DNA of 32,000 nucleotides from Candidatus Saccharimonadota bacterium (GCA_963698035.1 OY969114.1:1-32000), one strand, 5' to 3'. Shown: positions 14,634 to 23,321, counted from the stretch's first letter. Made by a program: numbers and translations. Notes: a model not told the origin generated them from the letters alone.

Positions 14634-15119
14634 AACCCTTCTTATTTTAGCAAGATCGCCTTTTTCCTCTAATACCAAATCCGTAACTACGGCGGGCACC
14701 TCTCTTACGTCTTTAACAATGTGTGCTACTGAAACCCTTCTATTACCATCAACGTCAACATAACATTCGGGCGCCTTTCTATCTGCCTTTCTGATCCTGA
14801 GCAAACATATTGGAGCGACCGGGTCGGGTGCGATGACCCTTAAGTCCATTGCGACCTCAAAAACATTCCACCACCTTCGATCTCTGCCTTTTGGCGTAGG
14901 ACTCCAGTTTTCATAATACTTGTCGGCATTGTCTAGTCGTGTGCCCACTATATCTGCCACCGGAACGGGTTGTTCTTTTGGATTTGCCCTTACACGACGA
15001 ACTTCGGGGTTGCTTTCTGAGAATTCGGGATGGTCCTTCTCTATTGCTCTAATAAGCTCTACCATAATCTCATCTATAATGATTATATTCTCGGGCGTCA
15101 GTCTTTGTTTCTTAACCAT
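14631..15119 (-). CDS. Hypothetical protein with a possible ParB/Srx-like domain
   Basis: PICLLRIRK...YVDVDGNRRVSVAHIV...VPAVV resembles the ParB N-terminal DGxxR(R) motif. Weak, by-eye call. Confidence 0.35.
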   Translation of the reverse strand: MVKKQRLTPENIIIIDEIMVELIRAIEKDHPEFSESNPEVRRVRANPKEQPVPVADIVGTRLDNADKYYENWSPTPKGRDRRWWNVFEVAMDLRVIAPDPVAPICLLRIRKADRKAPECYVDVDGNRRVSVAHIVKDVREVPAVVTDLVLEEKGDLAKIRRV

Positions 15120-15436
15120 GAAGTAATGCCGGTCAGTGCCGCTCCAGCAATACCCCCAAACAAGAAGGCGGCTGCAGCCGCATTTTCAACGACAGATACA
15201 TGAAGGCCCAGTTCCCTGACCTCGTACGCTGCGTAAGCGAGCGACGCCAGTAGGCCGCCTTCCGCAAACCCCAATATCATACCGCCAAGAACTGTAGTGG
15301 CGCTGACCACGCCTCTTTCCGAGCCGCGGATACTCCCCCCTCTTAGATGGATTCCTGAAAGGGCATTTCTGAGTAATAAATCGGGTTTCTGTTCAACATC
15401 ATCTGCTTGCGTCTTAGTTGGAGACACGGTTACCAT
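15098..15436 (-). CDS. Small Gly/Ala-rich membrane protein (112 aa)
   Basis: Two hydrophobic Gly-zipper-like segments. TATA box CAGATATTTATGC is at 15463-15475. Confidence 0.5.
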   Translation of the reverse strand: MVTVSPTKTQADDVEQKPDLLLRNALSGIHLRGGSIRGSERGVVSATTVLGGMILGFAEGGLLASLAYAAYEVRELGLHVSVVENAAAAAFLFGGIAGAALTGITSWLRNKD

Positions 15437-15525
15437 AATACCACATATATGTTGTGGCGTTTCAGATATTTATGCATTTATTTTGGTCGCCTCAAAGCCA
15501 AGGAAAAGAGGGAATTAAAGGAATG

Positions 15526-15597
15526 TGGGCCCGCGGAGAATCGAACTCCGTATCTTCACGTTGTCAACGTGACGTCTTACCAATCGACTACGAGCCC
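15526..15597 (-). tRNA. tRNA-Val (anticodon GAC), no encoded CCA
   Basis: Hand-folded cloverleaf: GGGCTCG TA GTCG-ATTGGTA-AGAC G TCACG TTGACAA CGTGA AGATA CGGAG TTCGATT CTCCG CGGGCCC A (72 nt). Confidence 0.9.
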
Positions 15598-16506
15598 CTA
15601 GATCGTTATCTGCATGCCGTCGTAGGCGGCATCGCTGTTCTTGAATATGCCCCTCGCCTCCTTTATCAGCTCGTCGGGCTTCCTATACCTTGCGCTCATG
15701 TGGAACATTATGAGCCTCTTGACCTTCGCCTTTTTCGCTATGGTGGCTCCTTCAGCTGCGGTAGAGTGCAGCCTCTGCCTTGCAAGTTCCTTCAGCTTTT
15801 CCGAGTATGTGGTCTCGTGTATGAGAAGGTCGGCGTTCTTCGCCGCGTTTTCGGTCGCCTCCACCGGCCTGGTGTCCGTCGCATAGACGATCTTCCTTCC
15901 TTCCTGCTTCTGCGCGACCTTGCCCAGGCTTATGGTCCTGCCCTTCAGCTTTATGGTGCTCCCGTCATACAGCTTCGAGTACATCTCGCCCCGGATGCCA
16001 AGCTTCTTGCATTTCTCCTTGTCGAAATGGTACCTCTCGTCCTCCTGGAAGACGTACCCGAACGTTGGAACCGAATGCTTCAGCCTGAAGGCACTTACGG
16101 AGAAGCCCTTCCCCTTCATGATAGCGCCCGGCTTTACCGACTTTATCTCAATCTTGTAGCCTATGAGCGCCCTGTCGAAAGTCAGCAGCTGGTTTATCTT
16201 CTTTTCCTCCCCAGCAGGCACGTATATGCCCAATGAATCCATCCTCTTGTTGAGCGCGAGCGTCCTGACGAGCCCTGCTACGCCTATGATGTGATCGCCG
16301 TGCATGTGCGTCAGGAATATCCCCCTTATGCGGTTGGGGTTTATCCCGTACTTCATCAGCTGCCTCTGCGTTCCCTCCCCGCAGTCAAAAAGGTAGACCC
16401 CTCCTTCATACTCTAGGGCAACGCTGGGGAGGTTCCTCTCCTTCGTCGGCGTGGATCCGGCGGTTCCCAGAAAAGTTATCTTTATCGGCAGCGGCATCTC
16501 AATCAA
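15598..16506 (-). CDS. rnz: Ribonuclease Z (tRNA 3' endonuclease)
   Basis: Metallo-beta-lactamase motif LTHMHGDHIIG, about 300 aa, and an N-terminal ITFLGTAGSTPT typical of RNase Z. Confidence 0.9.
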   Translation of the reverse strand: MIEMPLPIKITFLGTAGSTPTKERNLPSVALEYEGGVYLFDCGEGTQRQLMKYGINPNRIRGIFLTHMHGDHIIGVAGLVRTLALNKRMDSLGIYVPAGEEKKINQLLTFDRALIGYKIEIKSVKPGAIMKGKGFSVSAFRLKHSVPTFGYVFQEDERYHFDKEKCKKLGIRGEMYSKLYDGSTIKLKGRTISLGKVAQKQEGRKIVYATDTRPVEATENAAKNADLLIHETTYSEKLKELARQRLHSTAAEGATIAKKAKVKRLIMFHMSARYRKPDELIKEARGIFKNSDAAYDGMQITI

Positions 16507-17593
16507 TCTCTATGGTGAAGCTCTTCTTCTTAAGGTCGACCTCGAGGGTCTTCACCCGCCTGAACACCTCGTTCATCTCCTCCTTGGTTATCCTCCGGTT
16601 CTTCCTAGCTTCTGCTATCATCCTGTTTATCTCCTTCATATTCCTAAATACTATCTCTGCAACTGCTTTATTGCTTTCTATCTGCGGACCTATCCCCCCG
16701 ACGAGCGCCCTCTGCTTCTCTATGCTCGCGAAGAGCTCCCTCTCCTCCACGGACTCGTGCGGCATCTCCTTTTCAACGTAGAACCTCTCCAGCGCTTCCT
16801 GGAGCGTGCAGCGCTCCTGCTGCAAGGCCGCATACTTCTCTATCTCGCAGAGCGCGTAATCCTTCGGCCCACCATTCTCGAGGTAGAGGATGCAGCCGCC
16901 CCCACCAGCGAGCCTTATTTCGGCCTCTATCGCGCCTATCGCCTTTACCATGCCACTGGGCCCCAGCAAATGCAGCCTTGCCCTGGGGTCGATGCCCACC
17001 CTTCTGAGCGAATCCTCTAGGTATAGGGAACCGATGTTAAGGTTCCTTGCCAGGAATGACATCATGGTCGTCTCCTTTTCCGCCCCCTCCGCCCTCCCGA
17101 TAAGCTCCTCCATCGCACCGTATTTCACGAAGTCGTTCTTCGGCGGCAGGTACAGCTCCCTGACCCGCACGCTCCTCTCCCTGAAATCCTCCTGCAGGTA
17201 TGCGAGCGTTATTTTCATGTCCTTGTCGGTGATTATCAGGTTGCCCTTCCCCTGCATCTCGAGAATCAGCGATGCCTTGTCGTCCCTCTTCGACAGCCTG
17301 AACAGGATTATCCTGTCACCAGCAAGCTGCTCAACCGAGTCTATCGAGAAGCCGGAAATCCTCTTCCGCGCCGCCATCGCGAAGTTGCTCGGCCTCTCCG
17401 CCGCCTCCACCTCGGATGCCCTCCACGCCCCGCACTTCAGAGCGCAGATGAGGTCTGCCTTCTCCCCCCTCCTGCTCATCCTAATCCTGAATCTTCCTCC
17501 GCTTATCTCGTAGAACTTGTCTATATAGAAGTCTGCAAGCCACCCAAGTTCGTTCACGAGGGCCGAGAGCTCAGGGGTGGATATCTCCCTCAT
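16499..17593 (-). CDS. NFACT-N domain protein (Rqc2/FbpA-like), short form
   Basis: Matches the NFACT-N pattern (LVNEL...FYIDKFYEI...NFAMAARKRISG...DRIILFRL...LILEMQGKGNLIITD). The likely start is M16 (17593), which avoids overlap with the upstream gene. The tracked ORF extends to 17638. Confidence 0.65.
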   Translation of the reverse strand: MREISTPELSALVNELGWLADFYIDKFYEISGGRFRIRMSRRGEKADLICALKCGAWRASEVEAAERPSNFAMAARKRISGFSIDSVEQLAGDRIILFRLSKRDDKASLILEMQGKGNLIITDKDMKITLAYLQEDFRERSVRVRELYLPPKNDFVKYGAMEELIGRAEGAEKETTMMSFLARNLNIGSLYLEDSLRRVGIDPRARLHLLGPSGMVKAIGAIEAEIRLAGGGGCILYLENGGPKDYALCEIEKYAALQQERCTLQEALERFYVEKEMPHESVEERELFASIEKQRALVGGIGPQIESNKAVAEIVFRNMKEINRMIAEARKNRRITKEEMNEVFRRVKTLEVDLKKKSFTIEID

Positions 17594-17597
17594 CGCA

Positions 17598-18413
17598 TCA
17601 GAGCTTCTTGATTTTCTTAAGGCCCTCCTCCTTCGCAACCTTCGAGAGGCTGGATGCGGCCCTGTATGTCGCGTCGCCCCTTCCCGACTGGAAGGCGGTC
17701 CCCACCTGGACTATGTCGGCGCCGCTCGAGTATGCGGCCCTTAGGTCCTTGACGGTCCTTATCCCTCCCGCGACTATGTAGGGGACGCTGATCATGGACT
17801 TGACAGCGCGTATCATCTCTGGCGGTATCGGCCCTTCACCTTGCGACTGTGGGCTCGATCCCGTGTCCGTGAGTATGAACCTGAAGCCGAAGTACTCGCC
17901 CGTGAGCGCGAGCAGCGCGGCAATTGTCGGTTTTTCCCTTGGCACCAGGTTCGCATCGCTGATCCATGCGGCCGTGCCTCCAGGCGATATTAGTATGTAT
18001 CCCATGGGCAGCGGCTCTATGTTGGCTGCCCTGAGCACCGGCGCGGCAAGCAGCTGCGCCTGGGTGTGGAAGTAGGGGTTCCTTGAATTGAGCAACGAGA
18101 TGAAGTATATCGCGTCGGCATAAGTGGTGATGGTTGAGTTGTTGTTCGGAAAGAGCACAAGCGGCACGTCTATCTCCTCCTTTATGCTCTTCGCAACGCT
18201 GTCGAGCATGCTGCCCTGCACGCCTACGCTGCCCCCTATCAGCACCACGTCGGCTCCGCCCCTGACCGAGTCCTTCGCGGTCTTTACCGCTGACTTTTCG
18301 TCCCTGTAATCGACAGGGTCTATCAGCGAGAAGAGGAGCGCCCCCTTGCTCTCAAGCTGCTCGTTTATATAAATCTCTACCTTTCCGCTCTTCATATGAT
18401 CATCTTTTTCCAA
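17598..18413 (-). CDS. Geranylgeranylglyceryl phosphate synthase (PcrB family)
   Basis: Contains LIDPVD, GADVVLIGGS, LFPNN, LLNSRNPYF, VAGGIR and GADIVQVGTAF. Confidence 0.8.
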   Translation of the reverse strand: MEKDDHMKSGKVEIYINEQLESKGALLFSLIDPVDYRDEKSAVKTAKDSVRGGADVVLIGGSVGVQGSMLDSVAKSIKEEIDVPLVLFPNNNSTITTYADAIYFISLLNSRNPYFHTQAQLLAAPVLRAANIEPLPMGYILISPGGTAAWISDANLVPREKPTIAALLALTGEYFGFRFILTDTGSSPQSQGEGPIPPEMIRAVKSMISVPYIVAGGIRTVKDLRAAYSSGADIVQVGTAFQSGRGDATYRAASSLSKVAKEEGLKKIKKL

Positions 18414-18512
18414 TTCTTTTCCTTGTAAACAAGTATATAATGTCCAGTATCCCGAGCGTCTAGATGAGAGACTGCCATCCCTATCACGCTCCAGATTAAT
18501 CTATTCATGCGG

Positions 18513-19565
18513 TCATCTTTTTACTCCTCCATCCTTGTACCTCTTCATGAACCTCTCAACCATGCCCAGCCCGTCAACGTCCAGTCTTCTCACCGGCTCG
18601 TAGCCTAGTTCCTTCTTCGCTTTCGATATGTCGATGATCCTGTCGCTCGCCAGGAACTCGTACTCGTCGTAGTTTATGTTTATCGCTTTGACCATGAGCC
18701 TCGCCACGGTGGGGTTTATCGACTTGCTAGGCGGCTTCACCCCCATGAAGTTCGCGACCGCGCCGAAGAGCTCCTTCGGAGTGTGCGGCTGCCCGTCCGT
18801 GATATTGTATATCTGGTTCGCCGCAACCTTGGGCTTCTCCGCTGCCAGCAGCATCGCGTCCGCGGCGTCGGCGGAATGCACCAGGGTCAAGTGGTTTTCG
18901 CCCTTCCCTATGTACCGCATCCTGCCCTCCTTTACCAGCTTGAATGCCTTGAAGAAGGAGGGCTCCTCGTATCCGGGACCGTAGAGCGTCCCAAACCTCA
19001 TTATAGTGTAGGAAAGATGAGGGTGTGTCTCCGCGAAGCTCTCTATCAGGTGCTCCGCCATGTGCTTCGACTCGGAGTAGTGGCTGCCGGGATTGTCGCT
19101 GGAGCTTTCGTCTATCCTCTCCCCTCTTTTGTATCCGTAGACGGTCACGCTGCTCGCATAGATGAGCTGTATGCTCTCGCCGGATCTCTCGCAAGCGTCC
19201 GCCAGGCACTCGAGCAGGTTCTCTGTCGCTATTACGTTTATCTCTATCAGCTGGTCGTAGTTGTACTTGTAGTTGTATATTCCCCCTGCGAGGTGGAAGA
19301 CCTTGTCTACGCCTTGGCTCGCGCTCACAAGGTTTTTCTTGTCATCCTTATTCTTGAATGTGAGGTCGCATACATACGGTATCGCTCCGGGAGGCAGACC
19401 CTTCCAGGAGGTTCGCTCAGACGGAGGGGATCTTAATATAACCCTGACCTCGTCGCCCCTCGCCACCAGCCTGCGTACGACCGCCCTGCCTAAGCCTGAG
19501 GTCGCGCCGGTAACAAGGCTCACGCACTTCTGCGTGCCCTTAGATGCTGTCATCTTCACCGCCAT
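18513..19565 (-). CDS. NAD(P)-dependent epimerase/dehydratase (extended SDR)
   Basis: Rossmann motif VTGATSGLGRAVVRRL, catalytic YSESK, ~340 aa. Confidence 0.8.
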   Translation of the reverse strand: MAVKMTASKGTQKCVSLVTGATSGLGRAVVRRLVARGDEVRVILRSPPSERTSWKGLPPGAIPYVCDLTFKNKDDKKNLVSASQGVDKVFHLAGGIYNYKYNYDQLIEINVIATENLLECLADACERSGESIQLIYASSVTVYGYKRGERIDESSSDNPGSHYSESKHMAEHLIESFAETHPHLSYTIMRFGTLYGPGYEEPSFFKAFKLVKEGRMRYIGKGENHLTLVHSADAADAMLLAAEKPKVAANQIYNITDGQPHTPKELFGAVANFMGVKPPSKSINPTVARLMVKAININYDEYEFLASDRIIDISKAKKELGYEPVRRLDVDGLGMVERFMKRYKDGGVKR

Positions 19566-20442
19566 AGCCCTGCCCGTTCAGCAGCTTCAGTGCAACGCCG
19601 CGCAGCCTCGACCCAGCCAGACCGTATATAGCGTATGGCGTCCAATCCTTTCCGTATGGGACGTAGACGTCCAGCTTGAGCTTCATCTTCATGAGGCGCT
19701 TCACCTTCTTGCTGTTATAGCCAAATGGTATGCCAAATATTAAATCCCTTCGTTGCGCCTTGCCGTAGGCTGCGATCCTCGAGATGAGGTGGTCGTTCGA
19801 CTCCTGGATGCAGACCTTCGAGCTCCTGCGTATGAGAGACTGCACAGCCGCGAGGTACCTGTCGAGTGCGCCCTTTTCAGGCTTGGGCTCCTCTGCGAAA
19901 TCCGTCATGTGCTGGTTGGGGGTTATCCTTACTGCACCTTTCGGCTTTACCATCCCAGCTATTCTTTCAGGATTGCCGTAATGCGAAAGAGGTATCTCCA
20001 CCCCCATATTGTTGTAATCGTCCATCCTCTCCGAGTAGACAGCTATGAGCTGCTCTGTGCTGACACCGGCGCCGCCCTCCAGCCAGACCATCGTGCCGTT
20101 CTGCTGGGCACTGGCCACCAGCTCGTCCAGGTGCCTATCTGCGTAGCCATTGCCAGCGGCAAAGCCTATCTGGCTCAGCCTGACCGATACGGACGAGTCG
20201 AGGTGCAGCCTCGATATCTGCTTTATGAGCTGCATGTAGGTATTCGAATTGTACCTTGCCTTGAGCTGGTCATTGACGTGCTCGCTGAGGAAGGTGAGGG
20301 TCGTACCCATGCCCTTCCCGTTCAGCAGCTTCACCGCATTCAGCGCTGAGTTCATCGTGAATCCTGCGATGTGCCGCCTTACCAGCCTGAAGACAAGGTT
20401 CCTGATGAGCCTGTGCTCCTCCGCCAATAGTATCACTAACAT
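19540..20442 (-). CDS. Proline dehydrogenase-like (PutA PRODH barrel) protein, divergent
   Basis: GTTLTFLSEHV and the C-terminal DVYVPYGKDWTPYAIY match the Pro_dh layout. Several canonical motifs look substituted. Confidence 0.4.
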   Translation of the reverse strand: MLVILLAEEHRLIRNLVFRLVRRHIAGFTMNSALNAVKLLNGKGMGTTLTFLSEHVNDQLKARYNSNTYMQLIKQISRLHLDSSVSVRLSQIGFAAGNGYADRHLDELVASAQQNGTMVWLEGGAGVSTEQLIAVYSERMDDYNNMGVEIPLSHYGNPERIAGMVKPKGAVRITPNQHMTDFAEEPKPEKGALDRYLAAVQSLIRRSSKVCIQESNDHLISRIAAYGKAQRRDLIFGIPFGYNSKKVKRLMKMKLKLDVYVPYGKDWTPYAIYGLAGSRLRGVALKLLNGQGYGGEDDSI

Positions 20443-20497
20443 TAGCTTACAAATGGCAGGTATTTAAACATATTTATCATTAACAGAATGTGCTGGA

Positions 20498-20902
20498 ATG
20501 CCTAGCGACCTCAAGAGCCTTTCGATGGGGGAGCTCTTCTCAAAGCTCCACAACGCGATAGCGAACTTCGTAGAGACCTTAGACGAAACGATAGAGGAGA
20601 ACAGGCAGGTGGGCGCGGATGAGATCAGGGCATTGAGGGGGCACATAAGCGAGAGGCTGCAGAGGAACGAGGAGATAGATGACAACAAGAAACTGCTTAA
20701 GGTCCTGGACCTCTTCGCCTCAAACAGCGCCATAATGGAGCTGGTCAGGGAGGACGCGGACGACTGGCTCGACTTCATCGAGACTATCGAGAAGAGGATT
20801 CGGGAGAAAGGGACCGAGCAAGGGCTCGCAAAGGAGGAATTGGAAGACATAGAGAAGATGAAGGCGCTTACCAAGCAGATAAAGGCAATGATAAGGAAGT
20901 GA
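20498..20902 (+). CDS. Hypothetical acidic coiled-coil protein (134 aa)
   Basis: Helical-looking, Glu/Lys-rich ORF. The antisense ORF 20464-20874 is a Ser-rich low-complexity artefact. Confidence 0.5.
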   Translation: MPSDLKSLSMGELFSKLHNAIANFVETLDETIEENRQVGADEIRALRGHISERLQRNEEIDDNKKLLKVLDLFASNSAIMELVREDADDWLDFIETIEKRIREKGTEQGLAKEELEDIEKMKALTKQIKAMIRK

Positions 20903-22243
20903 TTATCTGGATGGCGGTGGCGGCGTGATTGTACTCTGCTTTGCTTCGGGGGCGATTACATGGCGCGCTTGTTTAAGCCCCCTGTAAATTTCTCCCCATA
21001 TAGTTTCGTCACCCATAAAGTAAGAGTCGTCTATGCCGCTCTCGATTTCTATATCCAGTTTCTTGATGTGCCTTCCCTTAAGCCCAGCTTTCGAGAGTTC
21101 TTCTGGTGTGAAAAAGCTGCTGTATGCAAAGAGCAATTTCTTTCCCAGTAGTTCTACATTCGACATATTGGCCGTGCCATCTATGTCGATGCTCATTATA
21201 CCCGCATTTCTCTTCACCACATCCGGGCTAATTCTGAGCCATTCTTTGGCGAGCAATTTATAAAGTGCCGCGGCATCGTCTTCGGCCATCCCTTTCCTGC
21301 TCTTGACAGCAAGACCGAGTGCATCCTTTAACGCTTTGTTTTCACTATCATTCAACAGCTCCTGCGCCCATGCATTCTCCGTTACGTACTCGTTCATGCT
21401 TACTGTAAATGTCATATCGGTCTTTGTTGATTTTGCCTTCCCGCCCCTCAGCTGCGTCGCAGCTACTGGGACTGAAGCAGCAGCATCAAACACTGATTTG
21501 ACGATCTGACCCACACGGTTCTCCTGCTGCGAGTTTGCATATGCAATGAGAGCATCTTTAATTTCTTCTACTGGGGTTCCACCCCTCTTTTCTTTAACAA
21601 CCCAGTCTCTTATCTTCGATTTGGTTAGCTCGGCAAAAAGGTCATCTATCCTCTGCTTCTCCGGAATAACACTTTTATCGTCAACGAACTGCCCCATTTC
21701 CTTTAGTATGCGCATTGCCAGCTTATCATAAAATATATCGCTGCCTGTTCGGCTTTTCTCTCCAAGGCGTTCGAGATGCCCTGCTATCTTGTCCAACGTA
21801 GCCTCCGAAGCAGTCTCGGTAGTAATGCTAGCGGTATCAATAGACTCTCCCGTCTCCTTTACGGCCCTTTCAGGTCCTCGGATGTTCATTAATTTTTCGG
21901 CGCTGACTCGGCAGTAATCCGCCACCCTCGGTTCAATAACCGCTTTATTTGGGGATTTTAATTTCTGTAAAAGTGAATCTATGTCATCTTTAAATGTGTC
22001 TTTCAGTGTCCCTGCACTCTCTAGGCTCAGGATTTCTTTTACTGTGGTTTCACCCTCCTTTTCTTTAACAGCTACAAACCTCGACGCCCTGACATGTCCT
22101 ATATTCGCCTTTATTGAATCAAGAGAAAGCCTAATATTCGAAATTCTGGCCTGGGCCTTCGCCGTATCGAATGTCACCCTGTCGGCTTCCGCGGGCTTAT
22201 TTGAGCTATTTGCATCCTTAAGGGCGCTTGCCATATTTACCAC
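20903..22243 (-). CDS. Hypothetical protein (446 aa), lower GC than its neighbours
   Basis: Long ORF driven by an island-type promoter. Its stop abuts the convergent stop of 20498..20902 (TGATTA). Confidence 0.6.
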   Translation of the reverse strand: MVNMASALKDANSSNKPAEADRVTFDTAKAQARISNIRLSLDSIKANIGHVRASRFVAVKEKEGETTVKEILSLESAGTLKDTFKDDIDSLLQKLKSPNKAVIEPRVADYCRVSAEKLMNIRGPERAVKETGESIDTASITTETASEATLDKIAGHLERLGEKSRTGSDIFYDKLAMRILKEMGQFVDDKSVIPEKQRIDDLFAELTKSKIRDWVVKEKRGGTPVEEIKDALIAYANSQQENRVGQIVKSVFDAAASVPVAATQLRGGKAKSTKTDMTFTVSMNEYVTENAWAQELLNDSENKALKDALGLAVKSRKGMAEDDAAALYKLLAKEWLRISPDVVKRNAGIMSIDIDGTANMSNVELLGKKLLFAYSSFFTPEELSKAGLKGRHIKKLDIEIESGIDDSYFMGDETIWGEIYRGLKQARHVIAPEAKQSTITPPPPSR

Positions 22244-22358
22244 TTACCCTCTATAATAAGGGGCGTCCCAGATATTTATACCTATCCCGGGCACAGCATA
22301 GGTGCCGAATAACCACTCTTTTGTGGAGAGTGCCGGGTGCATTCGGCTTGCTGTAAAA
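22244..22358 (-). promoter_or_regulatory. Island-type promoter/module copy between rpl11 and the 446-aa gene
   Basis: CCAGATATTTATACCTATCC (22268-22287) is identical over 20 nt to 3647-3666. TTTGTGGAGAGTGCCGGGTGC (22320-22340) parallels TTTGTGGAAATGCGGGGGTGG at 3673-3693. Nested stems are CACTCT/AGAGTG and GCCGAAT/ATTCGGC. Confidence 0.65.
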
Positions 22359-22826
22359 TCAGACTTTTATTTCGCCACTGTCTATCTTCTTTATTATCGC
22401 CTTCGGGTCCTCGTTCTCGCACTTGACGCCCATGCTCTTGCAGGTCCCGAGTATTTGCTTCACCCTGTCGGCCAAGGTCGCGCCGTACATGGAGGCCTCC
22501 TTCGCCTTCGCAACCTTCTTAACCTGTTCGATGGTCAGGTTGCCTACCGTCTCCTCCTTTGTCTTCGCGCCCGACTGCGCGCCTATCTCCTTGAGTATCA
22601 AAGCGCTCGTGGAAGGCGACCCTACCTCGACCCTGAACTTCTTTGTCACGGTGTCGACAAACACCTTTACCGAGATCTTCAACCCCTCGAATGCCTTTGT
22701 CTTTTCGTTTATCTCCTTTATTATGTCATTGACCGGCACCCCCAAGGGACCCAGCGCTGGCCCTAGCGGCGGGCCTCCGGTAGCCTTTCCTCCCTCAACC
22801 AGTCCCGATATTGCAACCTCTGCCAT
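22359..22826 (-). CDS. rpl11: 50S ribosomal protein uL11
   Basis: Contains GGKATGGPPLGPALGPLGV and KTKEETVGNLTIEQV. Confidence 0.95.
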   Translation of the reverse strand: MAEVAISGLVEGGKATGGPPLGPALGPLGVPVNDIIKEINEKTKAFEGLKISVKVFVDTVTKKFRVEVGSPSTSALILKEIGAQSGAKTKEETVGNLTIEQVKKVAKAKEASMYGATLADRVKQILGTCKSMGVKCENEDPKAIIKKIDSGEIKV

Positions 22827-22830
22827 ATTA

Positions 22831-23304
22831 TCAACTCTTTTGGGCTTTCTGTATTACCCGGGCGGTGCTCATCTTCGTGGTTATCGGTATTGGGACGACC
22901 ACGTCCATGAGCTCGACCGTCATCTCGCTCTTTACATCATCGACGCGCAGCACCTTCGCCTTGTATCCCTTGAACGGACCTGAGGCGAACTCAACGATAT
23001 CTGACTGATGGATCTCCAGCGCGTAGCTCTTCACCTCGAGGAGCTTGTCCATCTCCTGGTCTGTGAGCGGCTTGGGAAGTATCCCGCGTATGTTGCGCTC
23101 CTTCGTTATGAAGGTCCTGACGGTTATCTCGTCCTCTGCTTCTACTACTATGTAGCCGCGCATCCCATCTATGACTACTATCGAGTATATCGGCAGATTC
23201 TCCTTGGTCAGCTTGTTCTGCAGCATGTTGGCTGCGATTTTCTCTTGCCCGGATGTAACCTTTACGACAAAGAACATAAAACCACTCTTAATATTCTTAT
23301 CCAT
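22831..23304 (-). CDS. spt5: Transcription elongation factor Spt5 (NusG)
   Basis: NGN domain (FVVKVTSGQE) and KOW motif (GPFKGYKAKVLRVD), 4 nt upstream of rpl11. The likely true start is M10 (23277). Confidence 0.9.
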   Translation of the reverse strand: MDKNIKSGFMFFVVKVTSGQEKIAANMLQNKLTKENLPIYSIVVIDGMRGYIVVEAEDEITVRTFITKERNIRGILPKPLTDQEMDKLLEVKSYALEIHQSDIVEFASGPFKGYKAKVLRVDDVKSEMTVELMDVVVPIPITTKMSTARVIQKAQKS

Positions 23305-23321
23305 CTAACTTTACTGAAAAC

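Noticed and set aside
15454-20349. Long ORFs antisense to or out of frame with core genes: 15454-16236, 16451-17020, 16890-17513, 18727-19209, 18783-19436, 19273-19743 and 19753-20349.
   Set aside because: They lie opposite or overlapping well-recognised genes (rnz, NFACT, SDR, PRODH-like). They have Arg/Leu/Pro/Ser-rich low-complexity translations typical of shadow ORFs in GC-rich DNA.
20464-20874. Ser-rich 136-aa ORF on the minus strand.
   Set aside because: It is a low-complexity translation antisense to a well-formed helical ORF (20498-20902), so the plus-strand gene is preferred.
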